Part shown: positions 1 through 11,200 of the stretch, in pieces
How positions within the stretch are numbered: the first letter of the stretch is position 1
Layout: the number at the start of each line of letters is the position of its first letter
IMG/VR virus record: IMGVR_UViG_3300017783_000013
Span: 1,557-65,556 of that record
DNA: 64,000 nucleotides
DNA from: a virus
Lineage: Duplodnaviria; Caudoviricetes
Direction: 5' to 3' (one strand)
Notes under the pieces: model-generated
Seen by the model: the letters and a program-made list of their open reading frames with translations, nothing else
Database searches by the model: none
Told to the model about the DNA's origin: nothing
Translations under genes and position numbers: made by a program

Positions 1-1
1 C

Positions 2-259
2 TGTAATTACGCAGATGCAGATAATATTCCAGGTGATAATATCTTAACTGATGCTGACACATTCTTAGATTTACATATTGTTAAATCAGGACAAAGTGCT
101 ACTGATGTAAACAAGATATTGCACCAACTTAAAATTCCTGCAGGTGAAACTTTTATCATGGATACAGAAAAATTTGTGTTTGGTACAGGTGATAAAATCA
201 TTGCACAAACTACATCACCGGCAACTATTTCAGTTACAATATCAACAATAGAGGTATAG
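2..259 (+). CDS. 5'-truncated small virion protein (paralogue of 4588-4917 and 18501-18827)
   Basis: Frame 2 is open from the window edge to TAG at 257-259 (CNYADAD...IPAGETFIMDTEKFVFGTGDKIIAQ...VTISTIEV). It shares an EKxVx-x-G/D...V-x-V-x-x-x-E C-terminal pattern with the other two ~110 aa proteins. Not in the ORF track. Confidence 0.75.
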   Translation, partial: CNYADADNIPGDNILTDADTFLDLHIVKSGQSATDVNKILHQLKIPAGETFIMDTEKFVFGTGDKIIAQTTSPATISVTISTIEV

Positions 260-263
260 TAAC

Positions 264-752
264 ATGCGTTTTGTAAAACAGCAACAAATAAACAAAAAAA
301 TGATAGTTGACAAATCAGTATTTGTTGACATTTCTGGAGCAGTTAGTTTCCAGGGTGCTGTTGGTGGATTACAATTAGGTACCGGCGATACTAGCCAACG
401 AAGTGGGGCTCCAGTAAACGGTACTATTAGATATAACAGTCAAATAAGTGAAATTGAAGCATACATTAATAATGCTTGGGAAACTATTAGATCAAGTAGA
501 CCAGGAAATATTATTGTACAAAACTTAGGTACAGGTGATTCTTCAGAAACACAATTTGGCGTACTAAATCCTGCTCCGGCGGCCGCTGAAAATGTAATTG
601 TACTAGTTGAAAACGTAGTACAAATAGCAGGAGTCAACTACACAATGACCATTGACGGAAGCGGAAACAAATATATTAAGTTTGATTCAGCAGTTCCACT
701 AGGTAAAGATGTTACAGTACTGCACGGATTTGACGGCAGTATCATAGGTTAA
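264..752 (+). CDS. virion structural protein
   Basis: 162 aa, GAGG upstream. Its GDTSQRSGAPVNGTIRYN...EAY...W motif also occurs twice in 901-4581. Confidence 0.7.
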   Translation: MRFVKQQQINKKMIVDKSVFVDISGAVSFQGAVGGLQLGTGDTSQRSGAPVNGTIRYNSQISEIEAYINNAWETIRSSRPGNIIVQNLGTGDSSETQFGVLNPAPAAAENVIVLVENVVQIAGVNYTMTIDGSGNKYIKFDSAVPLGKDVTVLHGFDGSIIG

Positions 753-789
753 TTTTTAACTACTAACATACGGTTTTCCCAAACAAGAC

Positions 790-795
790 TAAATA
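790..795 (+). promoter_or_regulatory. T4-type late promoter core (TAAATA)
   Basis: Intergenic TAAATA. The same hexamer precedes most structural genes in the window; the T4 late consensus is TATAAATA. Confidence 0.65.
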
Positions 796-800
796 CTTAC

Positions 801-894
801 AATGCAGACTTGACCGTTTATGTTTGCAGTAACAAACTGTGGTTAACCCGCAATGTAATGTGGTTAGAGGGACAGGATCCCCGCTTATAAGGAG
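801..894 (+). ncRNA. candidate structured 5' leader RNA
   Basis: GC-rich intergenic stretch with hairpins TGCAGAC/GTTTGCA (803-828), TAACC.GCA/TGTGGTTA (844-866) and GGGA/TCCC (869-881). It ends next to the AAGGAG Shine-Dalgarno. Confidence 0.45.
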
Positions 895-900
895 AACACA

Positions 901-3900
901 ATGGCCGTCGGTCGAATTTCAGGTCCGTTGTTAAAGGCAAACCTACTTCGAAACGGAGTGGATTTAGCGTTTGAAACGGATTTATTATATTTAGATGTCG
1001 TTAATGACAGAATTGGCATTAAGAAAAGCAATCCTTCTTATGAGTTAGATGTAAACGGTACAGTACAAGCAACAAACATAATTGCAACAAATTCATCAAC
1101 AACAGGTAACTTAACACTTCAAGGTAATACAATTAGTAGTACATTAGGTACTATTGAACTAACACCTAGTGGTTCAGATCCTGTTATATATCATTCAAAA
1201 ATTAGAGTCGATTCATTAGAAATGAACGACAATACAATTAGTACTATTGATTCAAATGCTCCGATCGAACTAGCACCAAACGGAACAGGAAGTATTGAAT
1301 TACTTGGAAATACAAATGTTACTGGTAACATATATGCTACAGGAAATATTACAGCAGGTGGAAATATTAACCTAGGTGATACTGATAGTGATACTGTAAG
1401 TTTTAAAGCAGATGTTATTTCAAATATTATTCCAGATGTAGATCAAATTTATACACTAGGTACTCCTAGTAAGCGTTGGAAAACTGTAAATGCTAGACAA
1501 GCAAATATTGATGATATACAAATTACAGATTCAAGAATTGAAACTATTGATAGTAATGCAGACTTAACTATTGCCGCTAACGGTACTGGTAAAGTTCGTA
1601 TTGAAAATTTACAATTAAATGATGCAGGAAACACATACCATGTAACAGTTAACGGTAATGATACAGAAGAAGGTACTAGTATTGATAGTGCATTTCTTAC
1701 GCTCAAACATGCGTTATCTGTTGCAACTTCCGGAGATGTTATTAAACTTGGTGCAGGAACATTTACAGAAATATGTCCACTAGTAGTACCGGCCGGAGTT
1801 ACAGTTAGCGGAGACGGTTTAAGAGCAACAGTGATTAAACCTACAGCAGGAACAAATAACAAAGACTGTTTTCATTTAAACAGTGCTACTACTATTCAAC
1901 ATTTATCAATCAAAGATATATTTTATGATTCAGGTAACGATGTTGGTTATGCCTTTGCATTTGATCCATTAGGAATTACAGTTCCGTTACAATCTCCGTA
2001 TATTATTAATGTAACAGTAATAAACAAAGGAACAGTTACTAGTGCTAGTGATCCATATGGATTTGATAGCGGTGATGCAGGTCGTGGAGTAAAAATTGAT
2101 GGTAGTTTAGTTACTTCTAGTTCAATTGAAGCGGCAATGTTGTTTAATGATTCGACTTTCTTTACACCAAATTCAGTCGGTTTGTTAATGACTAACGGTG
2201 CAAGATGTGAATGGTTAAACAGTTTCATTTACTTTGCTGACAAAGGTATTATAGGTGAATCAGGTACTAGTGGTAGAGCCGGCGACGGTAAAACTATTGT
2301 TGACCTAACTAATTACGCAGGAACATTTAACGTTGCTGATACAGTTTCATTAACATCTGAAGACGGATCAACTGTACTTGCTTCAGGTACTATTGAAGCA
2401 AAAGAAGTTGTAGACGGAAGACTAAGATTAACATTTGATGGCAAGGTTACAGGTTGGGTTACTAACCTTGATAGGGAATCAAAAACTATTTCACTATCAG
2501 GAAATACAACATTAAGTACTGCACAATATAAGTTTGGAACTGCTAGTTTATACTTAGATGGCACAGGAGATCATGCAGACATATCAAGTACAAGTGAATT
2601 TGGATTTGAAACTGCAAACTTTACAGTAGAAGCATTTTTCCGTTTTGATAACGTTACAGGTACAAAATATTTGTTTGATATGAGAAGTGCGGCAACTACT
2701 ACAGCAATAAACGTATATGCCGACGATGATAATATTAACGTAGCAGTTGGAAGTAGCAATGTAATTACTGGAACTACTACACTATTACCTAACACATGGT
2801 ATCATATTGCAGTTTCTAGATCTGATGATGGAACAAAACTATTCATCAACGGCACACAAGATGGTTCAACTTATACAGATGCAAATAACTATGGAAGTTC
2901 TAGACCTTTAGCAATTGGTGGAGATTGGAATAACGCAAATTTATTTGTTGGATATGTAGACGAAGTTAGATTAACAAAAGGACTTCCAAGATATATTTCA
3001 GGATTTTCAACTCCAACAGCAAAGTTTGTAGGAGATCCTACAACAGTATTTTTAACACACTTTGACGGAACAAATGGTAGTACAACTGTAACAGAAGATG
3101 TTGTAGTTGCATTAGACATTTCATCTTCAGGTGGTGGTACTGCAACAGGAATTGGATTTATTGATTTAAAACAATTTGGTGCAGAACTTAGAGCAATCGG
3201 TTCAGCAAACGTTTATGGTAATCAAGGAGTTGTTGCCGACGGTGAAGGTGTATTACTAAGACTTATAAATCATAATTTTGGTTACATGGGTGTAGGTAAA
3301 AATATTGAAAACGATGTATCAAAAGTAATTCAAGCAAATGAAGTTACACAAACTAACAACGGTAAGGTATTGTTTAGTTCAATTGACCAAGGTGGTGATT
3401 TTAGAGTTGGTAATGCATTTACAGTTGATCAAGAAACAGGTAATGTAACATTCGAAGCACAGAGTTTTGATATTACTTCGTTAAGTGGATTAACATTTAC
3501 TGATGGTGGAAGTACAACTATAGTAGATCCGGCTAAAGTTGAAACAGGAAATATTAGAATTAGTGGTAATCAAATTATTACTACATCAGGAAACTTAACA
3601 CTTAATCCAGACGGTGCAAGTGATGTAGTTATAGAAGGTAACTTAACTATTTCCGGAGGATTTAAAGAATTACGTGATGCCGATGGTGATACAAAAGTAA
3701 CAGTTGAAAGTGTATTTGGAGCAGACGAAGATACTATTAACTTAAATGTCAAAGGATCTACTATTGCTTATGTTAACGAAGATGGATTTACAGCAACATC
3801 ATTTATTTCAGATGAAGTTAAGTTAATTAACAACTCAGTACAAACATTTCAAAATGATAATAACTTAGAAATTTTTGCACACGGTACAGGATATGTAGAC

Positions 3901-4581
3901 TTTAACAGTAATAATGCTATTAAATTGCCTGCAGGTACAACAGCAACTAGACCGTCAGCACCAGTTAACGGTATGTTTAGATATAACACATCATCAAATG
4001 TTTTTGAACTATATGCTAACGGATTTTGGAATGCAGTCGGTGGTAGTGTAAGTGGTGTTGTTGACCAAGATTTGGACACATATATTACTGCTGAATTATC
4101 ACAAGGTAATGATGATGACACATTTAGATTTTACAATGCAAGTACGTTATCAGCAGATTTAAATTCTACTAGATTTAATGTTGATACAATACATGCAAAT
4201 ACCATTAGCACAGAGGCTGTAGATGCTAATTTAACGCTTTCTCCTAATGGTGCAGGCAAAATAATTATTGGAAATTTATCAGTAGATCAGAGTACAAATA
4301 CGATAACTAATACTGTAGCAGATAGTGTTTCGAGTTTTAGTAGTACTAATGAAGGTTATTGGGACTTTACTGGTACAAACGGATTTAAAGTTCCGGTTGG
4401 TGACAACAATGATAGACCACAAACAAATGTTGCTACAGGGTTATTAAGATATAATACTCAAGGTGGTAAATTAGAAATTTGGAATGGTGTTACTTGGTCG
4501 TCAGTAGTTGGATCAAGTGGTGGTATTACTTTTGCAGAAGCAGAAGATTTATCATTTATTAACGCATTATTATTTGGATAG
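901..4581 (+). CDS. large virion/baseplate-fibre protein with pectin-lyase-like beta-helix and LamG (ConA-like) domain
   Basis: 1226 aa, AAGGAG SD. YHVTVNGND...AFLTLKHAL beta-helix entry; LamG-like FGTASLYLDGTGD...WYHIAVSR...GYVDEVRLT; SIDQGGDFRVG motif shared with the two ~2200 aa proteins. Confidence 0.75.
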   Translation: MAVGRISGPLLKANLLRNGVDLAFETDLLYLDVVNDRIGIKKSNPSYELDVNGTVQATNIIATNSSTTGNLTLQGNTISSTLGTIELTPSGSDPVIYHSKIRVDSLEMNDNTISTIDSNAPIELAPNGTGSIELLGNTNVTGNIYATGNITAGGNINLGDTDSDTVSFKADVISNIIPDVDQIYTLGTPSKRWKTVNARQANIDDIQITDSRIETIDSNADLTIAANGTGKVRIENLQLNDAGNTYHVTVNGNDTEEGTSIDSAFLTLKHALSVATSGDVIKLGAGTFTEICPLVVPAGVTVSGDGLRATVIKPTAGTNNKDCFHLNSATTIQHLSIKDIFYDSGNDVGYAFAFDPLGITVPLQSPYIINVTVINKGTVTSASDPYGFDSGDAGRGVKIDGSLVTSSSIEAAMLFNDSTFFTPNSVGLLMTNGARCEWLNSFIYFADKGIIGESGTSGRAGDGKTIVDLTNYAGTFNVADTVSLTSEDGSTVLASGTIEAKEVVDGRLRLTFDGKVTGWVTNLDRESKTISLSGNTTLSTAQYKFGTASLYLDGTGDHADISSTSEFGFETANFTVEAFFRFDNVTGTKYLFDMRSAATTTAINVYADDDNINVAVGSSNVITGTTTLLPNTWYHIAVSRSDDGTKLFINGTQDGSTYTDANNYGSSRPLAIGGDWNNANLFVGYVDEVRLTKGLPRYISGFSTPTAKFVGDPTTVFLTHFDGTNGSTTVTEDVVVALDISSSGGGTATGIGFIDLKQFGAELRAIGSANVYGNQGVVADGEGVLLRLINHNFGYMGVGKNIENDVSKVIQANEVTQTNNGKVLFSSIDQGGDFRVGNAFTVDQETGNVTFEAQSFDITSLSGLTFTDGGSTTIVDPAKVETGNIRISGNQIITTSGNLTLNPDGASDVVIEGNLTISGGFKELRDADGDTKVTVESVFGADEDTINLNVKGSTIAYVNEDGFTATSFISDEVKLINNSVQTFQNDNNLEIFAHGTGYVDFNSNNAIKLPAGTTATRPSAPVNGMFRYNTSSNVFELYANGFWNAVGGSVSGVVDQDLDTYITAELSQGNDDDTFRFYNASTLSADLNSTRFNVDTIHANTISTEAVDANLTLSPNGAGKIIIGNLSVDQSTNTITNTVADSVSSFSSTNEGYWDFTGTNGFKVPVGDNNDRPQTNVATGLLRYNTQGGKLEIWNGVTWSSVVGSSGGITFAEAEDLSFINALLFG

Positions 4582-4587
4582 GAAAAC

Positions 4588-4917
4588 ATGGCAAACTTAT
4601 TAAAAACAGCAGTAATAGCAGACGTAGGAAAACTACCAATTGATGTTGCAACAGTGGCGGCTGGAAGAAAAATTATTGTAATTGGAATGACTATGACAAA
4701 TAAAAAAGATTCAACAGTGCTTGGCAATGTATTTGTTAAGGATCCAGGAAGTGTTACTGCGTATTATGCAAAAGATATTCCACTTCCACCGAATGGTTCT
4801 GCAAGAATTGTTAATGGCGGTGAAAAATTAGTATTAGACCAAGATCACACGTTACAAGTATCATCAAGTTTCGCTGACAGCGTAGATGTAATTGTAAGTT
4901 ATGCGGAGCAATCTTAA
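4588..4917 (+). CDS. small virion protein
   Basis: 109 aa, AGGA SD, GGEKLVLDQ motif; paralogue of 2-259 and 18501-18827. Confidence 0.7.
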   Translation: MANLLKTAVIADVGKLPIDVATVAAGRKIIVIGMTMTNKKDSTVLGNVFVKDPGSVTAYYAKDIPLPPNGSARIVNGGEKLVLDQDHTLQVSSSFADSVDVIVSYAEQS

Positions 4918-4929
4918 TAGGAGAATAAA

Positions 4930-5277
4930 ATGGCTGATTATGTAGGAGCAAATGTAAACCAAGTTATAGACGGAATGGGAACACGTTATTTCTATGGTTT
5001 AAGAAAACAAGATGATGGATCAATGTATCTTGCAACAGTTGACCAATTGAACCCAAATGATCAAATTGAGATTAATGTTCCTGGTGATATTACAGAAAAC
5101 TACAATGATTTTGATATTGGACAAGATTTTTTAGAAGGCAGAGATGTTAATCATGAAAAAGTTTACAAAAATCTAAAATATGAACAATATAGATGGGATT
5201 ATCAAAAAATTAATTATTATATTAATCAAGATGGAAATTTAGTCGCAAGAGTAAATGACCCTTATGATTATAGTTAA
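4930..5277 (+). CDS. hypothetical virion-associated protein
   Basis: 115 aa, AGGAG SD, lies within the structural operon. Confidence 0.7.
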   Translation: MADYVGANVNQVIDGMGTRYFYGLRKQDDGSMYLATVDQLNPNDQIEINVPGDITENYNDFDIGQDFLEGRDVNHEKVYKNLKYEQYRWDYQKINYYINQDGNLVARVNDPYDYS

Positions 5278-5280
5278 ATA
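5275..5280 (+). promoter_or_regulatory. late promoter core TAAATA
   Basis: TAAATA overlapping the stop of the upstream gene, 15 nt before the ATG at 5296. Confidence 0.55.
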
Positions 5281-5295
5281 TAGGTGAAGTAAAAA

Positions 5296-8200
5296 ATGGC
5301 ACAATTTAAATTAGATAGATTTACATACAAGTACAGAAAAGACTGGGAAGCCGGTATCAGTTATGCACTTGATGATATTATCACTGTAAACGGCAATGTA
5401 TATTACTGTACATCTGCACATATATCTAACGCAGATTTTTACTTTGATTACCTTTATACATTTACATATCCTGCACCTTACAGTGCTTCAGATAACATTA
5501 ATGCGGCATTTGATTTTTCTGCAGATGCAGGTGGATCAAACACAACAGTCGATGGAACAGGAATACAATTTACAGTTACTAGAACAGGTGACAAGTATAG
5601 CGTTTCACTTACTGATGGTGGTAGAAATTATGTTACCAAAGAAAAATTTACTATTCCAGGTGATCAACTAGGCGGCGTAAGAGTAACAAATGACGCTGTA
5701 GTTGAAATTAGTACAGTTGATAATGAAACACAAAATAATCTTGTTGTTCCAGGAGTTGTACAAAGTTTAACAGTTACAGGAACTGCGGCAACAACTAAAT
5801 GGGAAGTAATGAGCGAAGGTTACAAATGGACCGGCGCTTGGGCTCCTAGTACTTCAGTAACAACAACTGATCCAGACACTGGAAATGATGTAATCACAAT
5901 CACTCCGAATAGATATTTTATAAATGATCTAGTAGAACGTGAAGGTAACATTTGGAGATGTGTTCAAGGTCATACTGCAAGTACAGATGCTGATTTTGGA
6001 TTATCTGGCAATGTATTATACTGGACATTACACGTTTTTGGAAGTCACTGGGAAAGTGATTGGCAAGGACAAACAGCATACCAACCGGGTGATGTAGTAC
6101 GGTATGGTGGAAATGTTTGGAGATGTATTACTGGTCATACTAGTGGTACTAATGTTTCGGGATTAACAGGAGATGTACAAAACTGGTCACAAGTTGCTTC
6201 ATCAGATGATTGGCTTAATGAATGGTCTAGTGCAGTAAATTATAAACCAAAAGATCTTGTTAGATACGGCGGATATCTTTATCGTTCAAATACACAACAT
6301 ACATCAACTACCAATTTTGAAAATGAATTAGACACCGAAGGTTGGTGGGATTTAGTACTTCCGGGTATTGAATATAAAGGAAATTGGCTTGCTCCAACTG
6401 CTCATGCAGTAGGAGGTACTGCTAATACAACTAAATGGAAACTAGGCGATTTAATTCGTATTAGTCAAGAAGTTTATGTTTGTACGCAAACTCATACAGT
6501 TACAGGTACAGATACAGAAACAGCAGATCCGTTGTTTAAAGATTATACTTCTAACTGGTTGTTATATGTTGCTGGCATGGCCTTAGAAGATGAATGGTCA
6601 GAAACTATAAATTACCAACCTGGTGATATTGTAATGTATGGTGGATATACTTACTATTGTAAAACTTTTAACATTGCTCAAAATCCAACTACATCAGTTA
6701 ATGACTGGGACATATTAAGTGAATGGTACAACTTTAAACAAGATTATAATGCCGCAACTCCATATAAAGTTGGTGACGTTGTTAGAAATAACGGTTACTT
6801 ATATTGGGCAGTTGTAGATAGCACAGGCGAGAAGCCAGACAGTGGAGCAGTAGACACTTACAAGGTTACTGTAAAAAATCCTGGAAGTGGAAACAGATAT
6901 TATTGGGACGATAATTTACATCCAGATCAAACATTTATTAGAGGTAATACATACGTGTTCGATCAGTCTCATCCTAGTAATGACGGACACCCGATATATC
7001 CAGCAGATGCAATTAATGGATTTTTAAATACAGGCGCCGGAGGCAATGAACAATTTGCAGGCGTGCAAACTGTTTATGTTCTTGATGATAGAATCGTTGC
7101 AACTCTAGAAGATTACAATAGTGGGTTTAATGCGGCAACGATTAGACAAACACGAGTTAAAATTGAAGCAGACGCTCCTGCAACATTATATTTTGCATGT
7201 TACAATCATAGTAACATGAGCGGTACTCAAGTTATTTCAATAAGTGGAAGCACATATTGGGATTTATTAATGCCGGGTGTAGGTTTTAGAGGACCATGGG
7301 ACGATTTTGCAGAAGATTCAAGTGTTAATTTATATGAATTAGGCGACGTTGCTCTTTGGGCAGGAACAGCATATCAGTGTATTAGAAGTCATACAGCAGA
7401 TACGGTAGGAAGTAGACCAGACTATGATGTTGCTCAACTTACTTCAAGTTATTGGAAAGTTTACGTACAAGGTATTAAAACTAACGTATTAGCAAGACCC
7501 GGTGATATTAAAACTTATAGTGCAGGATCCAACGAGCGTAAAGAGATTGGTGACTTAGGAACCGTACTTAAAGGTTTACCTCAAACAAACGCAGACTCAA
7601 GTTTAGGTCAAGGTCCACAATGGGATTTACTTGGTGCTTCACCTAAGACAATTTATGTAAGTAGTTTTGGAGTTGATGCTCCTGATAAAGGTGCTTCTTT
7701 AGAAAATCCATTTAAGACTATCAAGTATGCACTAGATTGGATTTTATCTGATCAAATTAATCGTGCTCCAGCAACAGTATTTGTTGCAACAGGAGAATAT
7801 GAAGAAATACTTCCACTTAAGATTCCAAGTAACGTAGCAATAGTTGGTGACGAACTTCGTTCAACAAGAATTAAACCAGCGGCTGGCTACGAAGGAATTG
7901 ATATGTTCCATGTAAGAAATGGTTGTGGTATTAGAAACTGTACACTATCGGGGTTAGTTGGAACATTAGGAGCCACTAACGGTTTCGGAACTAAACGTCC
8001 GACCAATGGTGGACCGAGTTTTGTTAGTTTAGATCCAGGCACAGGCCCAAGTGATTCAACAGTTTGGGTAACAAACAAATCTACATACGTACAAAATGTA
8101 TCAACTTTTGGTACAGAATGTGTGGGTATGAAAGTTGATGGACAACTACACAATGGCGGTAATAGATCAATTGTTGCTAACGACTTTACTCAAGTAATCA

Positions 8201-11200
8201 GTGGCGGTATTGGTATGTGGATTACTAATGGCGGTCTATCGGAACTTGTGTCAGTGTTTACATATTATTGTCATATTGGCTACCTTGCAGAAACAGGCGG
8301 TAAGATTCGTGCTACAAACGGTAACAATTCGTATGGTGATTTTGGTTCAGTTGCTGAAGGTTATGATTTAACAGAAACACCAATTACTGCAAATATTAAT
8401 AACAGAAAAAATGGAGCAACAGTAGCAAACGTATTAACAGATTTAGACAACGAAGTATACTTACTTGGATATACACATGCAGGACAAAGTTATTCATCAG
8501 CAGACATTGATGCATTTTCAGGTACAGGTAGTGGACTCGAAGTAGAATTTAACGAATTTAGAAATAAAGCACTTTCGCAAATTAGATTGTTAGATCCAGG
8601 TGATTCAACAACTCCGGGCGGACAAGGTTTTAGTATTACAACAGGACAAGCCCAAGATGGCGATGCAACATCTATTACATTGAGTGCAACTGATACTGTT
8701 GAGGATAGTTCTGGAATATATGATGGTAAAAGAATCTTTATTACACAAGGTAAAGGTAAAGGACAATACGGTTATATACAAAACTATGATCCGTCTACAA
8801 AAATTGCATATGTATTAAAAGAATCAGATGGGACAGCAGGTTGGGATCACTGGATTTCAGGAACTCCAATTGAAACATCGTTAGGTGATACTGCGTTTTA
8901 TCAAATTGAACCTAGAGTTGAATTTAATAAACCTCCGTTTGCATCTACAGCAATTAATGTAAACACTCCGTTAGATTATAAAAAAGTTAGATACGGTAAT
9001 GGAAAATATGTTGCTATTGCACAAAGTTCATTTGGTTCAGCAGTAACACCAAACTTTATTTCAAGTAATGACGGAACATCATGGTCGCAAGGAACGTTTG
9101 ATGGATCAAATCTTCCACAAAATAATGGTTCTTGGTCATGGCAAGATTTAGCATACGGTGGCGGAAAATGGGCCGCTGTTGCAAAAGAAGGTATTGTTGC
9201 AGTTTCAAGTGATGGAGAAAACTGGACACTTCATGAAGTTACAAACGATAGTAGTACAGTACAAACAAGACATATTGCTTACGGTGATAACCCAACTATT
9301 GAACAAACATTTAAGGTTACAGTTTCAGTACCTGGAGATAATCCGTTGTATCATTTCGATGGAGCAGTAAACACTGCACCGGATATCGAAGTTGTACAAG
9401 GTAACACTTACACCTTTAATCAAAATGATACTTCTAATACAGGATGTCCGATTTACTTTAGTTTGGTTCCAGAAGGAATTAATGGTAGTGGTAATGCAAT
9501 TACAGACGGAATAAAATATTTCTTAAACAATGTACAAGTTGCAGATTTAGCGGCATATGTTGCTGGGTTTGATGCGGCAAATACACGTAGGGTAACATGG
9601 ACAGTGCCAGAGGCACTTGTTGGAACACCAGTTTACTATGTAAATTATAATAGTACAGGATCAGGAGTACAAACTGATAGTTCGTATGCAGTTGTTAGAG
9701 TTGACGGACGTAGTGAATGGTTAGTTACAGCAGACGGTTCGCCAGAGTATTTTCAAAGTTTAGATGATGGTCTTACGTGGACACTAGGAAATCTTCCTTC
9801 ATACCAATCATATGATGGCGGAGTAAAAGCAATGGCTTACGGGTCAGGAACTTTTGTAGCAATATCAGGTGATTGGGATTCAAGTAAACAAAGAATTTAT
9901 ACAAAGACTCCAGGTAATACTGAGTGGGTCGAACACTTTACTGAATCAGGCGATATGTCTAATATTTCAAGTTTAACATATGGTAATAATATTTTTGTTG
10001 CTACTATGAGCGGAAGTGATAGTGTTTGGATTAATCCAACAGGCGGGCTAGGAAAATTTAATGAGTTTACTTCAAAGTTACCATCAACAGGTAACTGGAT
10101 TGTTGATTATGGACAAGGTGTTTATGTTGCGTTCAAACCTAATAGTACTGATTTTGCAATTAGTGAAAATGCACTAGTATGGGATTTAAAAACATTACCA
10201 ATAACTGCTAATTGGACAACGGTCGGAATAGGAACTCCAAATAATTCTAATAAATTTATTTTAATGGGTAGTGGTAGTCCTTTACAAGGAGCAGGCGAAG
10301 TTAATGCTGTTTCAATTCAAGCAGGTAGAAGACCATTTGCAAGAATGTTTGTAAGAAATACTAGAGCAGGCGAATTTTGGATTTACGATCCAGGTAGTGG
10401 ATATGAATCAGAACTATCAAATGTTGTAAATAATTCTACAGTTACATTTGGTAGAAACACAGCAGACACAGCAGATGTTTATACAATTGACAATGTTGAA
10501 AATGCAACGTTAACAATTACTGAAGGTCGAAAATACATTTATGATCTTAGTGATGAATCAGTATTAAAATATGGTGGTGCAGTTGTCGAAGGAGTAGTTC
10601 AAGACAATCCTCATCCGATGTTATTCTATAGTGATTTAGCAAAAACTACTGTGTATGAGGACAATGTAAGATATATTCTAGGCTCAACATCTGTAAGTAG
10701 AGCAACTTATCTTGCAGACTTCGACGATTACCTTATAAGAAAAATTGAAATCGAAGTTCAATACGATGCACCGAGTACATTGTATTATGGAAGTTCAACA
10801 GATGCAAGTGTTGTACAATCTATAACAGTTGAAGAAACAGATAATTTAAGTATGACAGTCAGCGATCCATTAGCAACAGCAGATCCTTTTGTTAAATTAA
10901 GAATTGCTAACGGAGTTTTACCTCAACCATCATTTAGAGATAGAGGAACTAAATTTAGAAGTGCAACAGCAACAGTGACTGGAAACGGCTTTGCTGATAT
11001 ATACCAAACAGGTAACAAAATTAATATAACAGGACTTACTAGAGAACCTGGACCAGGAGCAAACTTACAAGTAACAGGAATTTCAGGAAAAATTTATCTA
11101 GTTACAAAAGTTACTAACCTAACAGGTGACCTTGGAGATCTTAGTGCTACAATACAAATTAGTCCAAAAATGGGTGTTGATGAATCACCAGATCATAATA

